Shown: positions 51,710-62,514, numbered from the stretch's first letter. The stretch: 64,000 bases of DNA from Cyanobacteriota bacterium (GCA_025362325.1 JANYGO010000123.1:10229-74228); one strand, 5' to 3'. The notes: a model not told the origin generated them from the letters alone. Numbers and translations: made by a program.

Positions 51710-51787
51710 ATCTTGAACCTTGATGTGGGCGGCATTCTGAATAGTTTTGAATTTTGAGTTTTGAGTTTTGAGTTTTAAACTTGAGTC

Positions 51788-51897
51788 CGGGACTCACGGG
51801 CGCGTCGAAACCGGGTTTTTTACCAAAAATACCTGCTTAAAACCCTCCATTTCGGTTAAAAAACCCGGTTTCTTTGTTCGGAGTGCGTCCAGGAGTC
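51788..51897. repeat. MITE-like element with GAAACCGGGTTT...AAACCCGGTTTC hairpin
   Basis: Imperfect ends GACTCACGGGCGC / GCGTCCAGGAGTC around the family palindrome. Confidence 0.65.
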
Positions 51898-52029
51898 AAC
51901 TGAAAACTCAAAAGTTAAAACTAAAAAATTCTCTTAATACTAAACACTCACAATCTAATTAAATCCCCGAAAATTATTGAGGGGAATTTAACTTAAAATT
52001 CCCACCTGAAAATTCAAAGCTATTTAAAA

Positions 52030-54192
52030 ATGGGACTGAAGCGGCGGGAATTTTTGCAGCAAGCTGGCCGGGTGCTGGCCACCATCGGAATCAGCGAGGC
52101 TTTGTGGCTGCGGTTGGGCGATCGCTACCTCCAAGCGATCGCCCAGCCGACAGCCCGCAAATTGGCTTTGTTGGTAGGCGTTGACAAATATCCAGACTCG
52201 CCCCTGCGCGGCTGCGTCACGGATGTGGAATTGCAGCGGGAACTGCTGATCTATCGCTTTGGGTTTGCGCCGTCGGACATTCTGACTTTGACTGACGCTC
52301 AAGCTACGAGGGAAAATATCGAGACGGCTTTTGTGACTCACTTGACTCAACAAGCAAAACCCGGTGATGCGGTAGTGTTTCACTTCAGCGGCTGCGGTAG
52401 CCGAGTCAGTTCGATCGAGTCTCCCGGAAAAATGCAAAACAGTTTGGTGCCGGCGGATGACGTTTTGCCGCCCACCGCAAACGGCTCTGTGAATGATATT
52501 TTAGAGGAAACGCTACTGCATTTGGTGCGATCGCTCGCGACAGAAAATGCGATCGCCATCCTCGACACCAGCTATTCCTATCCGGGTTACCCAAAAAACG
52601 GCAACTTTCGCATTCGCTGCCGCCCCCGCGCCACCGTCGGGCAGCCAAGCCTCGCAGAATTAACGTTTGCTGAAGGTCTCAAGTCCCGCCCAAATCTGCG
52701 ATCGGCGGCCGCCGTACTTACCGCGGCCGCGAGTTCCCAATTCGCCGCCGAACAAGAGTGGAACGGATTTAGCGCCGGTTTGTTTACCTATGCCCTCACT
52801 CAAACTCTGTGGTGGGCAACTCCCGCTAACAGCTTCAGCATCAGTTTCAGCCGCGCCGCCGGTCAAGTCGAGCAAATGGCGGGGTTATCGCAGCAACCGC
52901 AAATTCGCAATTACGATTTAACAGCCGCGCCGGCGGTGAATTTTGGCAGTTTAATCTTGAATTCCCCTAGTGCTGACGGCGCTGTGACGGCGGTGGAAGA
53001 CGGCGGCAAAACTGTGCAGTTGTGGCTGGGCGGGTTGTCGCCCGGGGTTTTGGAGTCCGCAGGGGGATCGGTGTTTGCTGTGGATTCCTCCGAGGGCGTG
53101 AAGCTGTTGCTGCGGGGACGCACTGGCCTCTCTGCTAAAGCCCAAGTTTTAGACGGGATCGATCGCACCGACGCGCAACTGGCAGCCGGCGAATTGGTGA
53201 GGGAACAAATTCGGGTATTGCCGCGAAACATCGGTTTGACAGTAGCTTTGGACTCGGGTTTGGAACGCATCGAGCGGGTGGACGCCACCAGTGCTTTCGC
53301 GACTGTGCCACAAGTTTCGGCTGTAGGGAAGGAGCAAGCTGCTGACTTTCGGTTCGGCAGAGTCCCGGAAACGATTGTGGCTCAAACTCAAGAGGCCCCT
53401 CAGCCTGCTTTGTATCAAGGCCGCTACGGTTTGTTTTCTTTGGGTCAAATACTGATTCCCGATACCGAGGGCGACGGGGGAGAAGCAGTCAAGGTGGCGG
53501 TGCAGCGGTTGACTCCGCAGTTGAAAGCGCTGCTGGCGGCGAAGTTGCTGCGGCTGACTGCTAATGAGGAGTCTTCGCGGCTGAAGGTGCGGGCTGTTTT
53601 GGCAACTCTGGTGCCACAAGCTCGGGCGGTGGCGCAGCGTTCGCCGGTGCGGGCCGGCGGTGATTACCGCCTCGAACCCCTGAGCGTGGAAAGCGAGAAG
53701 TCGGCAAAGTTCGATCTACTAAGCGTGCAGAACGGGAGCCGAATTCAGTACCGGTTGTATAACGATGGCGATCGCCCGGTTTACTTTGCGGTGTTTTGCT
53801 CGGACAGCGCGGGACGGCTCTCTGCGATCGGCGCTGAGGGCAAAGACTCTGAGTCCTGGAAGTCGCGGGCGATCGCCCCTGGGGAGAATTTGAGCGTGCC
53901 GGCGGCTGGGGCTTTGGGATGGGCGGTATCTGGGGCGATCGGACTGGCGGTAGCTCGAATTATATTTAGTGAGAGTCCCTTCGCTCAAACTCTGGCGGCA
54001 ATAGAAATGCAGCAAGCAAGGGATGCCGTGTCCGTGGTGCTGTCGAATCCTTTAAATGTAGCGCGGGCAGTGCTGGAAGATTTGCACGCGGCTAGCATAC
54101 CGAGTGTGCAGAAAGTGGGGATATCGACGGACGATTTGGCTTTGGATGTAGGTGTTTGGGCAACTTTAAGTTTTGTTTATCGAGTAGTTTAA
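52030..54192 (+). CDS. Caspase-family (peptidase C14) protein with twin-arginine signal, catalytically degenerate
   Basis: KRREFLQ; ALLVGVDKY..LRGCVTDV; FHFSGCGS; LDTSY; AGLFTYALTQ. Confidence 0.88.
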   Translation: MGLKRREFLQQAGRVLATIGISEALWLRLGDRYLQAIAQPTARKLALLVGVDKYPDSPLRGCVTDVELQRELLIYRFGFAPSDILTLTDAQATRENIETAFVTHLTQQAKPGDAVVFHFSGCGSRVSSIESPGKMQNSLVPADDVLPPTANGSVNDILEETLLHLVRSLATENAIAILDTSYSYPGYPKNGNFRIRCRPRATVGQPSLAELTFAEGLKSRPNLRSAAAVLTAAASSQFAAEQEWNGFSAGLFTYALTQTLWWATPANSFSISFSRAAGQVEQMAGLSQQPQIRNYDLTAAPAVNFGSLILNSPSADGAVTAVEDGGKTVQLWLGGLSPGVLESAGGSVFAVDSSEGVKLLLRGRTGLSAKAQVLDGIDRTDAQLAAGELVREQIRVLPRNIGLTVALDSGLERIERVDATSAFATVPQVSAVGKEQAADFRFGRVPETIVAQTQEAPQPALYQGRYGLFSLGQILIPDTEGDGGEAVKVAVQRLTPQLKALLAAKLLRLTANEESSRLKVRAVLATLVPQARAVAQRSPVRAGGDYRLEPLSVESEKSAKFDLLSVQNGSRIQYRLYNDGDRPVYFAVFCSDSAGRLSAIGAEGKDSESWKSRAIAPGENLSVPAAGALGWAVSGAIGLAVARIIFSESPFAQTLAAIEMQQARDAVSVVLSNPLNVARAVLEDLHAASIPSVQKVGISTDDLALDVGVWATLSFVYRVV

Positions 54193-54414
54193 TTTGAGGA
54201 GCGCCAAGGTTTTCTGCCGCCTATAATCCGCCTCTCTCCTAGTCCGAAATCGAGCTTCAATTCCAACTCCGTAAATGCCTAACTTCTGATATTGGCGATC
54301 GATCGCAAATAGGAACTTTTACAGGATTGATGAAATCTCAAATACCGAGGGAGGCATGATGGTGGCGATTTTATCGGAAAAGAGAAGTATTTTTGCTGAT
54401 TTCGCTCGGCAACA

Positions 54415-54715
54415 GCTATGGCAGTGGACAGTTGACAGTTGACCGCTCGACAGTTGCATAACCCGAATCAAATCATTGATGCAGTACGGGTATTGACAGT
54501 TGACCGCTCGACAGTTGACAGTTGACCGCTCGACAGTGGATCTGGGACAGTTACATAACGGGAATCAAACCATTGATGCTTGACCATAAAGAATTGGTTT
54601 AAAGCCTCCACCTGATCGGGATAAATTAAAAAAAAACTATTCATTACTCCAATCCTCGGACTTATGATTGTCAAGTGCTGTCAACTGTCCACTGTCAACT
54701 GTCAACTGAATGAAC
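54415..54715. repeat. STRR-like tract and dispersed repeat
   Basis: (GACAGTT)n, GACCGCTCGACAG units, two CATAAC..GAATCAAA..CATTGAT cores, (TGTCAAC)n. Confidence 0.8.
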
Positions 54716-55098
54716 GTCATCTACCCTCAAACGCCAGCCTTTGAGCTTTGGTTAGAAAGTCACCCCAGACAGGGCTAGCAGTGTGTGTGTACCTTAGCCG
54801 ATGATCGGACAAAAGCCAAACATCTCAACCTAGGGCGGCCCCCCAGCACCTTACTTAATTCACATAATTCACATAAATTATTGACGGCTCTTAATAAAAG
54901 GCTTAAGTTGTTGATAAAATGTTTTAATTTATCAAAAACATGGTATAATCTTTTTCTAGTTTAACAAGATGAGCCAGCCAGCGGAAAAAATCCAAAGCTC
55001 CCCGCAATTATTGAATGCTAGTAGTTTCAGACTAATGGCAGGCGGGCGAGTTCATCGCAGGTGAGCTGATAATTTCAATCTCACACATTGGTCAAACC

Positions 55099-57504
55099 AT
55101 GCGAAGCTTTGCGAAAGTGAAGTTGTGGAAATTAACGGGAATATTGCCAGCGGGATTTAAGGGCGAACACCATCTTCGCTATAAAGCTGCGCTGTTAATT
55201 TTGGGTGTAACAATTTTGGTGGCTAGCATCGCTGCTTGTATCAGCTATCAAAGCGTGCGCCGCTTGATTGTCCGCAATTTAGAGCGAAATGCTTTGTTAG
55301 AAGTTAAGGAGTGCGGTAACAATATCGATCGCTGGATTGGTACTAGAAAGGCTGAGATAGAAATCCTCGCCAACACTCCTCCGGTGCGATCGATGAAATG
55401 GTCAGTGGCAGAGCCTTATTTAAAATCGGAAGTAAATCGACTGCAAGAATTCCTGCATTTAGCATTAATTGAACCCGATGGTTCTTATTTCACTACAAAA
55501 GTCGGCAGAGCTTTGATAAATGTCAGCGATCGCCAACACTTCAAAAAGGCAATGGCGGGACAAGTCTATGTTTCAGATCCTACCATTTCTCGCACGCTCA
55601 GACAACAACGTATTGTTCCCATTTCGGCTCCGGTGTGGTCAAATTCGGCAAAGTCTATTGATAAAACAGTCAAAAAGCCGATCGGAGTAATGAACGGCGT
55701 CATTAGCATCGATCGAATTGCCGAAGTAGTAGGAAAGCTGGAATATGGGGCTGGAACTTACGCTTTTGTTCTCAATTCTCAAGGAGTGCCGATTGTCCAT
55801 CCCGACGCTCGGTTAATGGGAAATATCGACAAAGCAGCTCCCAGTCTTTTAGAGTCAGCAGATACTAATTTGGCGAATGTAGCCCGAGAGATGATTTATC
55901 AAAAAACGGCCATTTTGCAGACTGAAATTAACGATGCCAAAGTTTATGTGGCCTATCTTCCTTTAGAACAAGCTGAATGGTCGATCGCCCTGGTAATTCC
56001 CCGCGACAATATCGAGAAAGAACTGCTCCCCTTAAATATATTAGCAGCCACCGCCGCCGTACTTGCCGCCACAGCTATTTTGGCAGCAATTCTGGCACTG
56101 AAGCTGTTTGCTGAAAGCTGCATTCGCACTCGCACAGAAGCCCTTCTGCACCGCTTGACCGGTCGGATTCGCGCTTGCTTGGGGCTCGATCACATCCTGC
56201 AAACTACAGTAGACGAACTCGGTACTTTGCTCAAGCTCGATCGAGCAATTTTCGGGTGGTACGATCCCCGACAAGATACTGTAGAATTTTGCTGGGAATA
56301 TTGCCGGCAAGGTTTACCGGGGCGCTTGGGAATCTTCGGCGCCCAAACAGGGCCCTGTGGAGATTTAGCTGCACGGCTTCATCGGTGCGAAACGATACTT
56401 CTCAAGAAAACCTGCACCCCCGATGCCACAGCGTCTCAGGAGTCCGTCCATCTCGAACTCACAGACAGCCACTACGCAGCAGTACCCCTACTGACTCAGA
56501 CTAATCGGTTGGGATATCTGTTCGCCAGTGCAAATCGGCGGTTTGCGACTCCCGACGAGGTGGAAGTTTTGGAAGCAATTGCAGACTCGCTGGCGATCGC
56601 AATTTCCCAATCCCAACTCCAGGGGCAAATTCAAGAACAACTCAAACTTTTGGAAGAAGTATTAGCCAAACTCAGAAGAACCGAAGAGCATTTAGTACAA
56701 AGCGAAAAAATGACAATTGTCGGTCAACTCGCCGCCGGAATTGCCCAGGAAATTAACAACCCGATTAACTTTATATACGCCCGCCTGATTCACGTCAACG
56801 ATTATATCAAAGATTTGCTCAATATACTTCACCTCTATCGCCAACAATATCCCCAGCCTGTGCCGCAAATTTCCAAAAAATTAGAGAGCTTCGACCTAGA
56901 TTTTATCAGCCAAGACTTCCCGCAAATTCTCACCTCTCTCAAAATAGGAACCGATGGCATTCGCCAGATAGTCCTGGCGTTGCGGAACATTTCACTTCCA
57001 GACGAAGCCAACAAAAAACGCGCCAACATTCACGAAAGCATCGACAATATTCTGCTGTTGCTCGCTCACAAGCTAGAGCCAAAAATCTTAGTAGTCAAGG
57101 AGTACAGCAACCTGCCGCCAATTTTATGTTATCCCGGTCAACTGAGCCAAGTCTTCGCTAATATCCTCAGCAATGCTATTGATGCTGTTAACAGTATTGA
57201 CAAAACTCACCAAATTATTACAATTAAAACACATATTGTCGAGCATTCTACAGGCAGGTTTATTGCAGTATCCATCGCCCACAACGGCTCCCGAATTCCG
57301 CTGGAAATTCAAGACAGAATATTTGACCCATTTTACCATACTAAATCTTTGAAAAATCTTACAGGATTGGGGCTGTCGGTTTGCTATAAAATTATTGTAG
57401 AGTTGCACGGTGGTCGCCTGACAGTTCAATCTCAGGTGCCATCTCAGACTTTATCTCAAACTAGCATCGGTGCTGAGTTTATAGTACAATTGCCGATATT
57501 TTGA
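55099..57504 (+). CDS. Cache-GAF sensor histidine-kinase-like protein lacking the phosphoacceptor His
   Basis: TM-dCache (VSDRQHFKKAM..YVSDP) - TM - GAF - QSEKM..GIAQEINNPINFI - HATPase (VFANILSNAIDA, FDPF, TGLGLS). Confidence 0.88.
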   Translation: MRSFAKVKLWKLTGILPAGFKGEHHLRYKAALLILGVTILVASIAACISYQSVRRLIVRNLERNALLEVKECGNNIDRWIGTRKAEIEILANTPPVRSMKWSVAEPYLKSEVNRLQEFLHLALIEPDGSYFTTKVGRALINVSDRQHFKKAMAGQVYVSDPTISRTLRQQRIVPISAPVWSNSAKSIDKTVKKPIGVMNGVISIDRIAEVVGKLEYGAGTYAFVLNSQGVPIVHPDARLMGNIDKAAPSLLESADTNLANVAREMIYQKTAILQTEINDAKVYVAYLPLEQAEWSIALVIPRDNIEKELLPLNILAATAAVLAATAILAAILALKLFAESCIRTRTEALLHRLTGRIRACLGLDHILQTTVDELGTLLKLDRAIFGWYDPRQDTVEFCWEYCRQGLPGRLGIFGAQTGPCGDLAARLHRCETILLKKTCTPDATASQESVHLELTDSHYAAVPLLTQTNRLGYLFASANRRFATPDEVEVLEAIADSLAIAISQSQLQGQIQEQLKLLEEVLAKLRRTEEHLVQSEKMTIVGQLAAGIAQEINNPINFIYARLIHVNDYIKDLLNILHLYRQQYPQPVPQISKKLESFDLDFISQDFPQILTSLKIGTDGIRQIVLALRNISLPDEANKKRANIHESIDNILLLLAHKLEPKILVVKEYSNLPPILCYPGQLSQVFANILSNAIDAVNSIDKTHQIITIKTHIVEHSTGRFIAVSIAHNGSRIPLEIQDRIFDPFYHTKSLKNLTGLGLSVCYKIIVELHGGRLTVQSQVPSQTLSQTSIGAEFIVQLPIF

Positions 57505-57831
57505 TGGAAACTGTTAACAGTCGATCGAGCGTGGTGAATGATGAATGCTTTGGTCTTCATATTAGTCCGCGTCGGCGGAGGAAAGTTGGTCTAGGACGAT
57601 CGATTTCAATCGCCCAGTTTTTATTTCAATTCATCCAAACATTAACTGGTAGTTGATAACTCTCGCTCCTAATACAGGTAAGCGCGGATTTTTTCAACCC
57701 TCGCCAATTGTGAAAAAAATATGATAATAAAATGAATGAATTATGATAAAAATGTAACTTTATCAAAGTTTAGTGTAAAGTAAAACAGTCAAGAGAAATA
57801 CTTTACCTATAACATCTAACAGTTTACAAAA

Positions 57832-58413
57832 ATGGATGCAGCCACTACCGTTTTCCTTTCCTTGGGACTAGCAGCAGATGCTTTTGCTGTTGCTGTTTCT
57901 AGCGGTTTAGCAATCAAACACATGAAGGTCAATAAAGCTTTAAAAATCGCCTTATTTTTTGGCGGCTTTCAAGCTGTGATGCCCATAATCGGATGGTTGG
58001 CAGGTCTGAGTTTTAGTTCTTGGATAACACCGATCGACCATTGGATAGCTTTTGGGCTTTTGAGTTTCATTGGCGGTAAAATGATTTACGAATCGCTGCA
58101 AAGCAAAGAATGTGAGAAAAAGTTCAATCCCTTAGATACGGGGACTTTGATAACACTTTCGGTAGCAACTAGCTTAGATGCCTTGGCCGTGGGCATTGGA
58201 TTTGCAGTGCTAAAAACTTCGATCGGCCCAGTCGTTAGTGCGATCGGCTTTATTACTTTCCTTGTAGTATTTGCTGGCGTGTTTATCGGTCACAAGTGCG
58301 GAGACTTATTTGGAAATAAAATAGAGTTCCTCGGAGGAGTAATTTTGATTATTATTGGAACCAATACCTTATTTTCGCATTTAACAGAAGGGGCATCAGT
58401 CATTAGTCATTAG
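57832..58413 (+). CDS. mntP: Manganese efflux pump MntP family protein
   Basis: LAADAFAVAV, FGGFQAVMP, DHWIAF, ATSLDALAVG, EFLGGVILI. Confidence 0.92.
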   Translation: MDAATTVFLSLGLAADAFAVAVSSGLAIKHMKVNKALKIALFFGGFQAVMPIIGWLAGLSFSSWITPIDHWIAFGLLSFIGGKMIYESLQSKECEKKFNPLDTGTLITLSVATSLDALAVGIGFAVLKTSIGPVVSAIGFITFLVVFAGVFIGHKCGDLFGNKIEFLGGVILIIIGTNTLFSHLTEGASVISH

Positions 58414-58539
58414 TCAGCAGTCATTGTTTGCTGTGCAAACAGTGACATCAGCAGTCTTTACCTCCAATTCCCAATTCTCCATTCCCAATTCCCCAAAAAT
58501 GCTATAACAGCAATATTGCATTATAAGGATAAAAATTAT

Positions 58540-59094
58540 GTGCTAAAACTTTACGGCCCAGGTCGCAGCAGGGCCTCAATTGTCAAGTGGTATCTCGAAG
58601 AAATAGCGATTCCTTACGAATTTGTCATGCTGGATATGCAGGCAGGGGAACACTTGCAGCCAGAGTTTCTTGAAATTAACCCGATCGGCAAAGTACCGGC
58701 AATTGTTGACGGAGATTTTAAACTTTGGGAATCCGGCGCAATTTTGCTGTATTTAGCTCAAAAATATGGTAAAATGCCCGAAACTTTGGAGCAGCAAGCT
58801 CAAGTTGTGCAGTGGGTGATCTTTGCTAACGCCACCCTGGGGCCGGGAATATTTGTCGAAGCTAGTCGCGATCGCGAAACCCCGAAAATGTTAGAACCGT
58901 TAAATCGCATCTTCGAGAAACAGCAGTTTTTAATGGGCGATGAATTCGGTGTGGCCGACGCAGCAGTCGGGTCAATGTTGGCCTACATTCCGATGATGCT
59001 AAAACTTGACCTCAGTGCTTATCCGGCTGTGGTAGATTACATCAAGCGGATTTCGGAAAGACCGGCATTTAAAAGTGCGATCGGCGGGAGTTGA
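58540..59094 (+). CDS. Glutathione S-transferase family protein
   Basis: LKLYG..SRASIVKWYLEE, INPIGKVPAI, LWESGAILLYL, FGVADAAVGS. GTG start at 58540. Confidence 0.93.
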   Translation: MLKLYGPGRSRASIVKWYLEEIAIPYEFVMLDMQAGEHLQPEFLEINPIGKVPAIVDGDFKLWESGAILLYLAQKYGKMPETLEQQAQVVQWVIFANATLGPGIFVEASRDRETPKMLEPLNRIFEKQQFLMGDEFGVADAAVGSMLAYIPMMLKLDLSAYPAVVDYIKRISERPAFKSAIGGS

Positions 59095-59154
59095 AAGAAG
59101 TTCGGCAACCGATTTTTTAACGGATGTAATGGATATAGGACTGGTGCGCTGCAA

Positions 59155-59325
59155 ACTAAGAAACCGGGTTTTTAACCGAGATCCAAGGTTTTAGTCAAGT
59201 ATTGGGTTAAAAACCCGGTTTCTCGCCACCCCTGCGCAAGTCTCAAGAAACCGGGTTTTGCACCGAGATTGAGGGTTTTAGTCAAGTATTTGGTTAAAAA
59301 CCCGGTTTCTGGCCACCCCTGCGTC
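59155..59325. repeat. Tandem dimer of the GAAACCGGGTTT hairpin element
   Basis: Two consecutive AAGAAACCGGGTTT..TTAGTCAAGTATT..AAAAACCCGGTTTCT..CCACCCCTGCG units. Confidence 0.8.
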
Positions 59326-59369
59326 CAGGAATACGATTGAAGGAAGAAACAAAAATTAACACCTAAAAA

Positions 59370-59395
59370 CAGGGGCAATTGGTGAATTGCCCCTG
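59370..59395. terminator. Bidirectional intrinsic terminator between gst and psbK
   Basis: CAGGGGCAATT-GGTG-AATTGCCCCTG with T-runs on both strands. Confidence 0.75.
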
Positions 59396-59414
59396 ATTTT
59401 TAATGAAATCAAAC

Positions 59415-59552
59415 TTATCTGAACCCGACAGCGGCTTGCCAGACAAAAGCCAGCAGCAAGAAAAACACGGGAATCACTGGCAAAACATTAACCAAAGGGT
59501 CAAAGATCGCATAAGCCTCGGGCAGTTTAGCCAACAGTAATGCAGCTTCCAT
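59415..59552 (-). CDS. psbK: Photosystem II reaction centre protein K (absent from the ORF track)
   Basis: Manual translation: [45 protein letters not shown]. Confidence 0.97.
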   Translation of the reverse strand: MEAALLLAKLPEAYAIFDPLVNVLPVIPVFFLLLAFVWQAAVGFR

Positions 59553-59612
59553 GAATCAACCTACCTATCCAACACAATTTTCATAATTGTCGCATATCTT
59601 AAACCAAGGCAA

Positions 59613-60743
59613 TCACGATCTATCGACACTCGGTGTCAGCCAGTGGGCAAACTCTTCCGTAAATCGATCGGCCAAAATCGCCTCCCGCATCCTCCCAGTA
59701 AAGCGAATCAACTCCGTGACGTTGTGCAGCGCCAGCAAAGTATAGCTGAGTGCTTCCTTAGCCCGCGCCAAATGGGCTAAATAAGCCCGACTGAATTTTT
59801 GGCAGGTATAGCAAGGACAAGACTCATCTAGGGGAGCAAAATCCTCCCGAAACCTAGCATTTTTCAAATTCCAGCGTTCCCCACGCACAAAAGCCGTCCC
59901 GTGGCGGCCGAGCCGAGTTGGAATCACGCAATCAAACATATCTACGCCACTCGCCACAGCCAGCGCCATTTCCCGATAGGTACCAATTCCCATCAAATAA
60001 CGGGGCTTATTTGCCGGCAACAGCGGCGCAGTAACTCTCACAATCTCTGCGATCAAATCCCCCGATTCCCCAACGCTAACACCGCCGATCGCATAACCGG
60101 GCAAATCTAAGTCTACCAATTGGTTAGCAGCGCGCGATCGCAAATCGGGGAAAACGCCCCCCTGCACGATGCCGAACAAAGCTTGATCCGGGCGCGAGTG
60201 AGCCTGCATACAGCGTTGCAGCCAGCGGTAAGTGCGATTTGTCGCCGCCTCCACCTCGTCCCGCGTCGCTGGGTAGGGCGGACACTCGTCAAAGGCCATA
60301 ATCACATCAGCGCCTAACTCGTTCTGAATCTCGATCGATTTTTCCGGCGTTAAATTAATGATGCGGCCGTCGCGGGGAGCTCGAAAAGTCACCCCATTCT
60401 CAGAGATAGTCCGCATTTGGCTCAAGCTAAACACCTGAAAGCCGCCCGAATCCGTCAGAATCGGGCCCGGCCAAGCCATAAATTTGTGCAATCCGCCCGC
60501 GCCTGCGACAATCCGTTCCCCCGGCTGCAAGTGCAAGTGATAAGTATTTGCCAAAACCATTTGAGAACCCGCGTCCTCAAGATGTGCCGGGGTCAAGGTT
60601 TTGACATTAGCCAGCGTCCCCACGGGCATAAATTTAGGCGTTTCCACAACACCGTGGGGAGTGCTAAAAACCCCTGCACGCGCTTGGGTATGGCTGCAAT
60701 TAGCTTCACATTTAAAAGAAAATCTCGCGTTGTCTTCAGTCAT
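59613..60743 (-). CDS. tgt: tRNA-guanine(34) transglycosylase
   Basis: [60 protein letters not shown]. Confidence 0.97.
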   Translation of the reverse strand: MTEDNARFSFKCEANCSHTQARAGVFSTPHGVVETPKFMPVGTLANVKTLTPAHLEDAGSQMVLANTYHLHLQPGERIVAGAGGLHKFMAWPGPILTDSGGFQVFSLSQMRTISENGVTFRAPRDGRIINLTPEKSIEIQNELGADVIMAFDECPPYPATRDEVEAATNRTYRWLQRCMQAHSRPDQALFGIVQGGVFPDLRSRAANQLVDLDLPGYAIGGVSVGESGDLIAEIVRVTAPLLPANKPRYLMGIGTYREMALAVASGVDMFDCVIPTRLGRHGTAFVRGERWNLKNARFREDFAPLDESCPCYTCQKFSRAYLAHLARAKEALSYTLLALHNVTELIRFTGRMREAILADRFTEEFAHWLTPSVDRS

Positions 60744-60848
60744 TAGTCCCCGACGATCGTTAACCGCTACTGGGCAGTCGTTGTTATCTAACCTATTCTT
60801 ATTGAGATTGAGACAAAAAACTCACAACCGATGACTAATGACTGACGA

Positions 60849-61298
60849 TTAAAATAGGGAATCATCCTCATCCAATTGCAGATCCCAGTTCCCTGAGAGT
60901 ACCTGATCGACCACTGCATCCAAAGCCGCAGCATTTAAATTTCGGGCGACTTGCTCTTGCAAAGGGGTGGACAGGGGAATTAACCGCAACAGCCGTCCGT
61001 CTTGGATCAGGTCAAAATAAGCACCATCGACCGGGGACTGTTTCAGTTCTAGGTAATCAAAACTATACACGTTCAAATAAAGCGCATGGTTGGCAATCAG
61101 GGTAGAACGCTCGGGGTTGGCGAAGACTTCGAGCACATAACCTTCCCCTTCGCTGTAAATCTTGCCATCTTGTATGTGAAGGTAGCGGACACGTCCTAAA
61201 TCAAACAGCAATCTTTTGATATCGCGCTTGTTGACGACAATGCCTGTATCGATGATGCAAGGAGCAACTACCCTGTTATTAAATTGGTCGTGACTCAT
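60849..61298 (-). CDS. Cyanobacterial conserved-hypothetical protein
   Basis: 149-aa ORF co-oriented upstream of tgt; PCIIDTGIVVNKRDI..LDLGRVRY..YLNV.SFDYLEL. Confidence 0.75.
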   Translation of the reverse strand: MSHDQFNNRVVAPCIIDTGIVVNKRDIKRLLFDLGRVRYLHIQDGKIYSEGEGYVLEVFANPERSTLIANHALYLNVYSFDYLELKQSPVDGAYFDLIQDGRLLRLIPLSTPLQEQVARNLNAAALDAVVDQVLSGNWDLQLDEDDSLF

Positions 61299-61558
61299 GG
61301 AGCAAAAGCCTCTGTTGTAATATGTTCCCGTCTTGGAAATCAGGGAGTTAGCTAGAATTCTTGGTTCGGGAAACGCGGATCTTGAGTTTAGCCTTTTTAG
61401 ATAGGGATCTTGGGGATCGCTGCCTGCCGAGGTTTTCCGGGGAAAACAGCGAGCGGCAGGAGGAAGGCCCGCTCCAAACGACTAAGGTGTTACAGTTCCA
61501 ATTCTGGCACAAGCTAATGGATTGACAACTGCATACGAGATGAAAAACTTTCTATCTT

Positions 61559-62356
61559 ATGGTGGATGATAAATTGGTTCGCTCTACGATCGACTTTTTC
61601 CGGAATCAAGGCGCTGCCATCGCAGCCGCGGTCGCTTTTTATACTTGTTTGCCGGTGCCGCTGTCTTGGACTTTGGAGTTTCGGGGCATTGCTCGCTTGG
61701 CACCGGCGATCGGGCTTTTGATTGGCGGGATGCTGGGACTGGCGGATCTTGGGTTGCAGTTGTTGGGTATGCCGGCTCTGACTCGATCGGCCTTGGTGGT
61801 AGTCTCGGGCATCGCCGTGACTGGCGGGCTGCACCTAGACGGGGCAATGGACGCGGCGGACGGGCTGGCTGTACCCGACCCGGTGCGCCGACTGGAAGTC
61901 ATGCGGGACAGCGTTACAGGGGCTTTTGGGGCGATGGCTGCGATCGCGATCGTCCTACTCAAAACTGCGGCGCTCTCGGACTTGAGTAACTATCGGTGGC
62001 TGGCTTTGATGGGTGTGGCGGGTTGGGGCAGGTGGGGCCAATTGGTGGCGATCGCCCGCTATCCCTATCTACGGGCCGAGGGTAAGGGAGCTTTTCATAA
62101 AGAATCGATTTATTCTCCTTTTGATTTTATCCCGGGAGTGCTGTTGTTGCTAAGTTTGAGCGTGCTGCAAGTTGTCTTGGAGGGCGATCGGTGGCTGTTG
62201 GCGGTGGGGATGGCTTTGGGGGGAAGTGCGATCGGAATTTTTGCCGGAGCCTGGTTTAACCACCGTTTAGGCGGCCACACGGGCGATACTTACGGTGCTG
62301 TAGTCGAGTGGACGGAGGCTTTGTTGTTATGTCTTTTGGCGGCTTTGGAAGGGTGA
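61559..62356 (+). CDS. cobS: Adenosylcobinamide-GDP ribazoletransferase (cobalamin synthase)
   Basis: [49 protein letters not shown]. Confidence 0.95.
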   Translation: MVDDKLVRSTIDFFRNQGAAIAAAVAFYTCLPVPLSWTLEFRGIARLAPAIGLLIGGMLGLADLGLQLLGMPALTRSALVVVSGIAVTGGLHLDGAMDAADGLAVPDPVRRLEVMRDSVTGAFGAMAAIAIVLLKTAALSDLSNYRWLALMGVAGWGRWGQLVAIARYPYLRAEGKGAFHKESIYSPFDFIPGVLLLLSLSVLQVVLEGDRWLLAVGMALGGSAIGIFAGAWFNHRLGGHTGDTYGAVVEWTEALLLCLLAALEG

Positions 62357-62514
62357 AGATAATTCGGCGATTGAAATCGCTACTACACAAACGAAGTCTG
62401 CCTCCGCAGACTAAGAGGTGAAAATCCGAACTCGACTTTGATATTTTCTATCCTGTCTGCCTTCAATTGCCACGCTAGATTAGATACAGCAAACCTCAAA
62501 CTTTTAAGAAAGCT

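Noticed and set aside
54468-54674. 68-aa ORF in the repeat tract after the caspase gene
   Set aside because: Largely encoded by heptamer repeats.
57505-57831. yybP-ykoY manganese riboswitch upstream of mntP
   Set aside because: Expected from gene context, but I could not find the conserved core; the region is AT-rich with a REP remnant. An Infernal search would settle it.
61300-61558. Cobalamin riboswitch upstream of cobS
   Set aside because: A GC-rich hairpin is present but the B12-box and core consensus are not recognisable.
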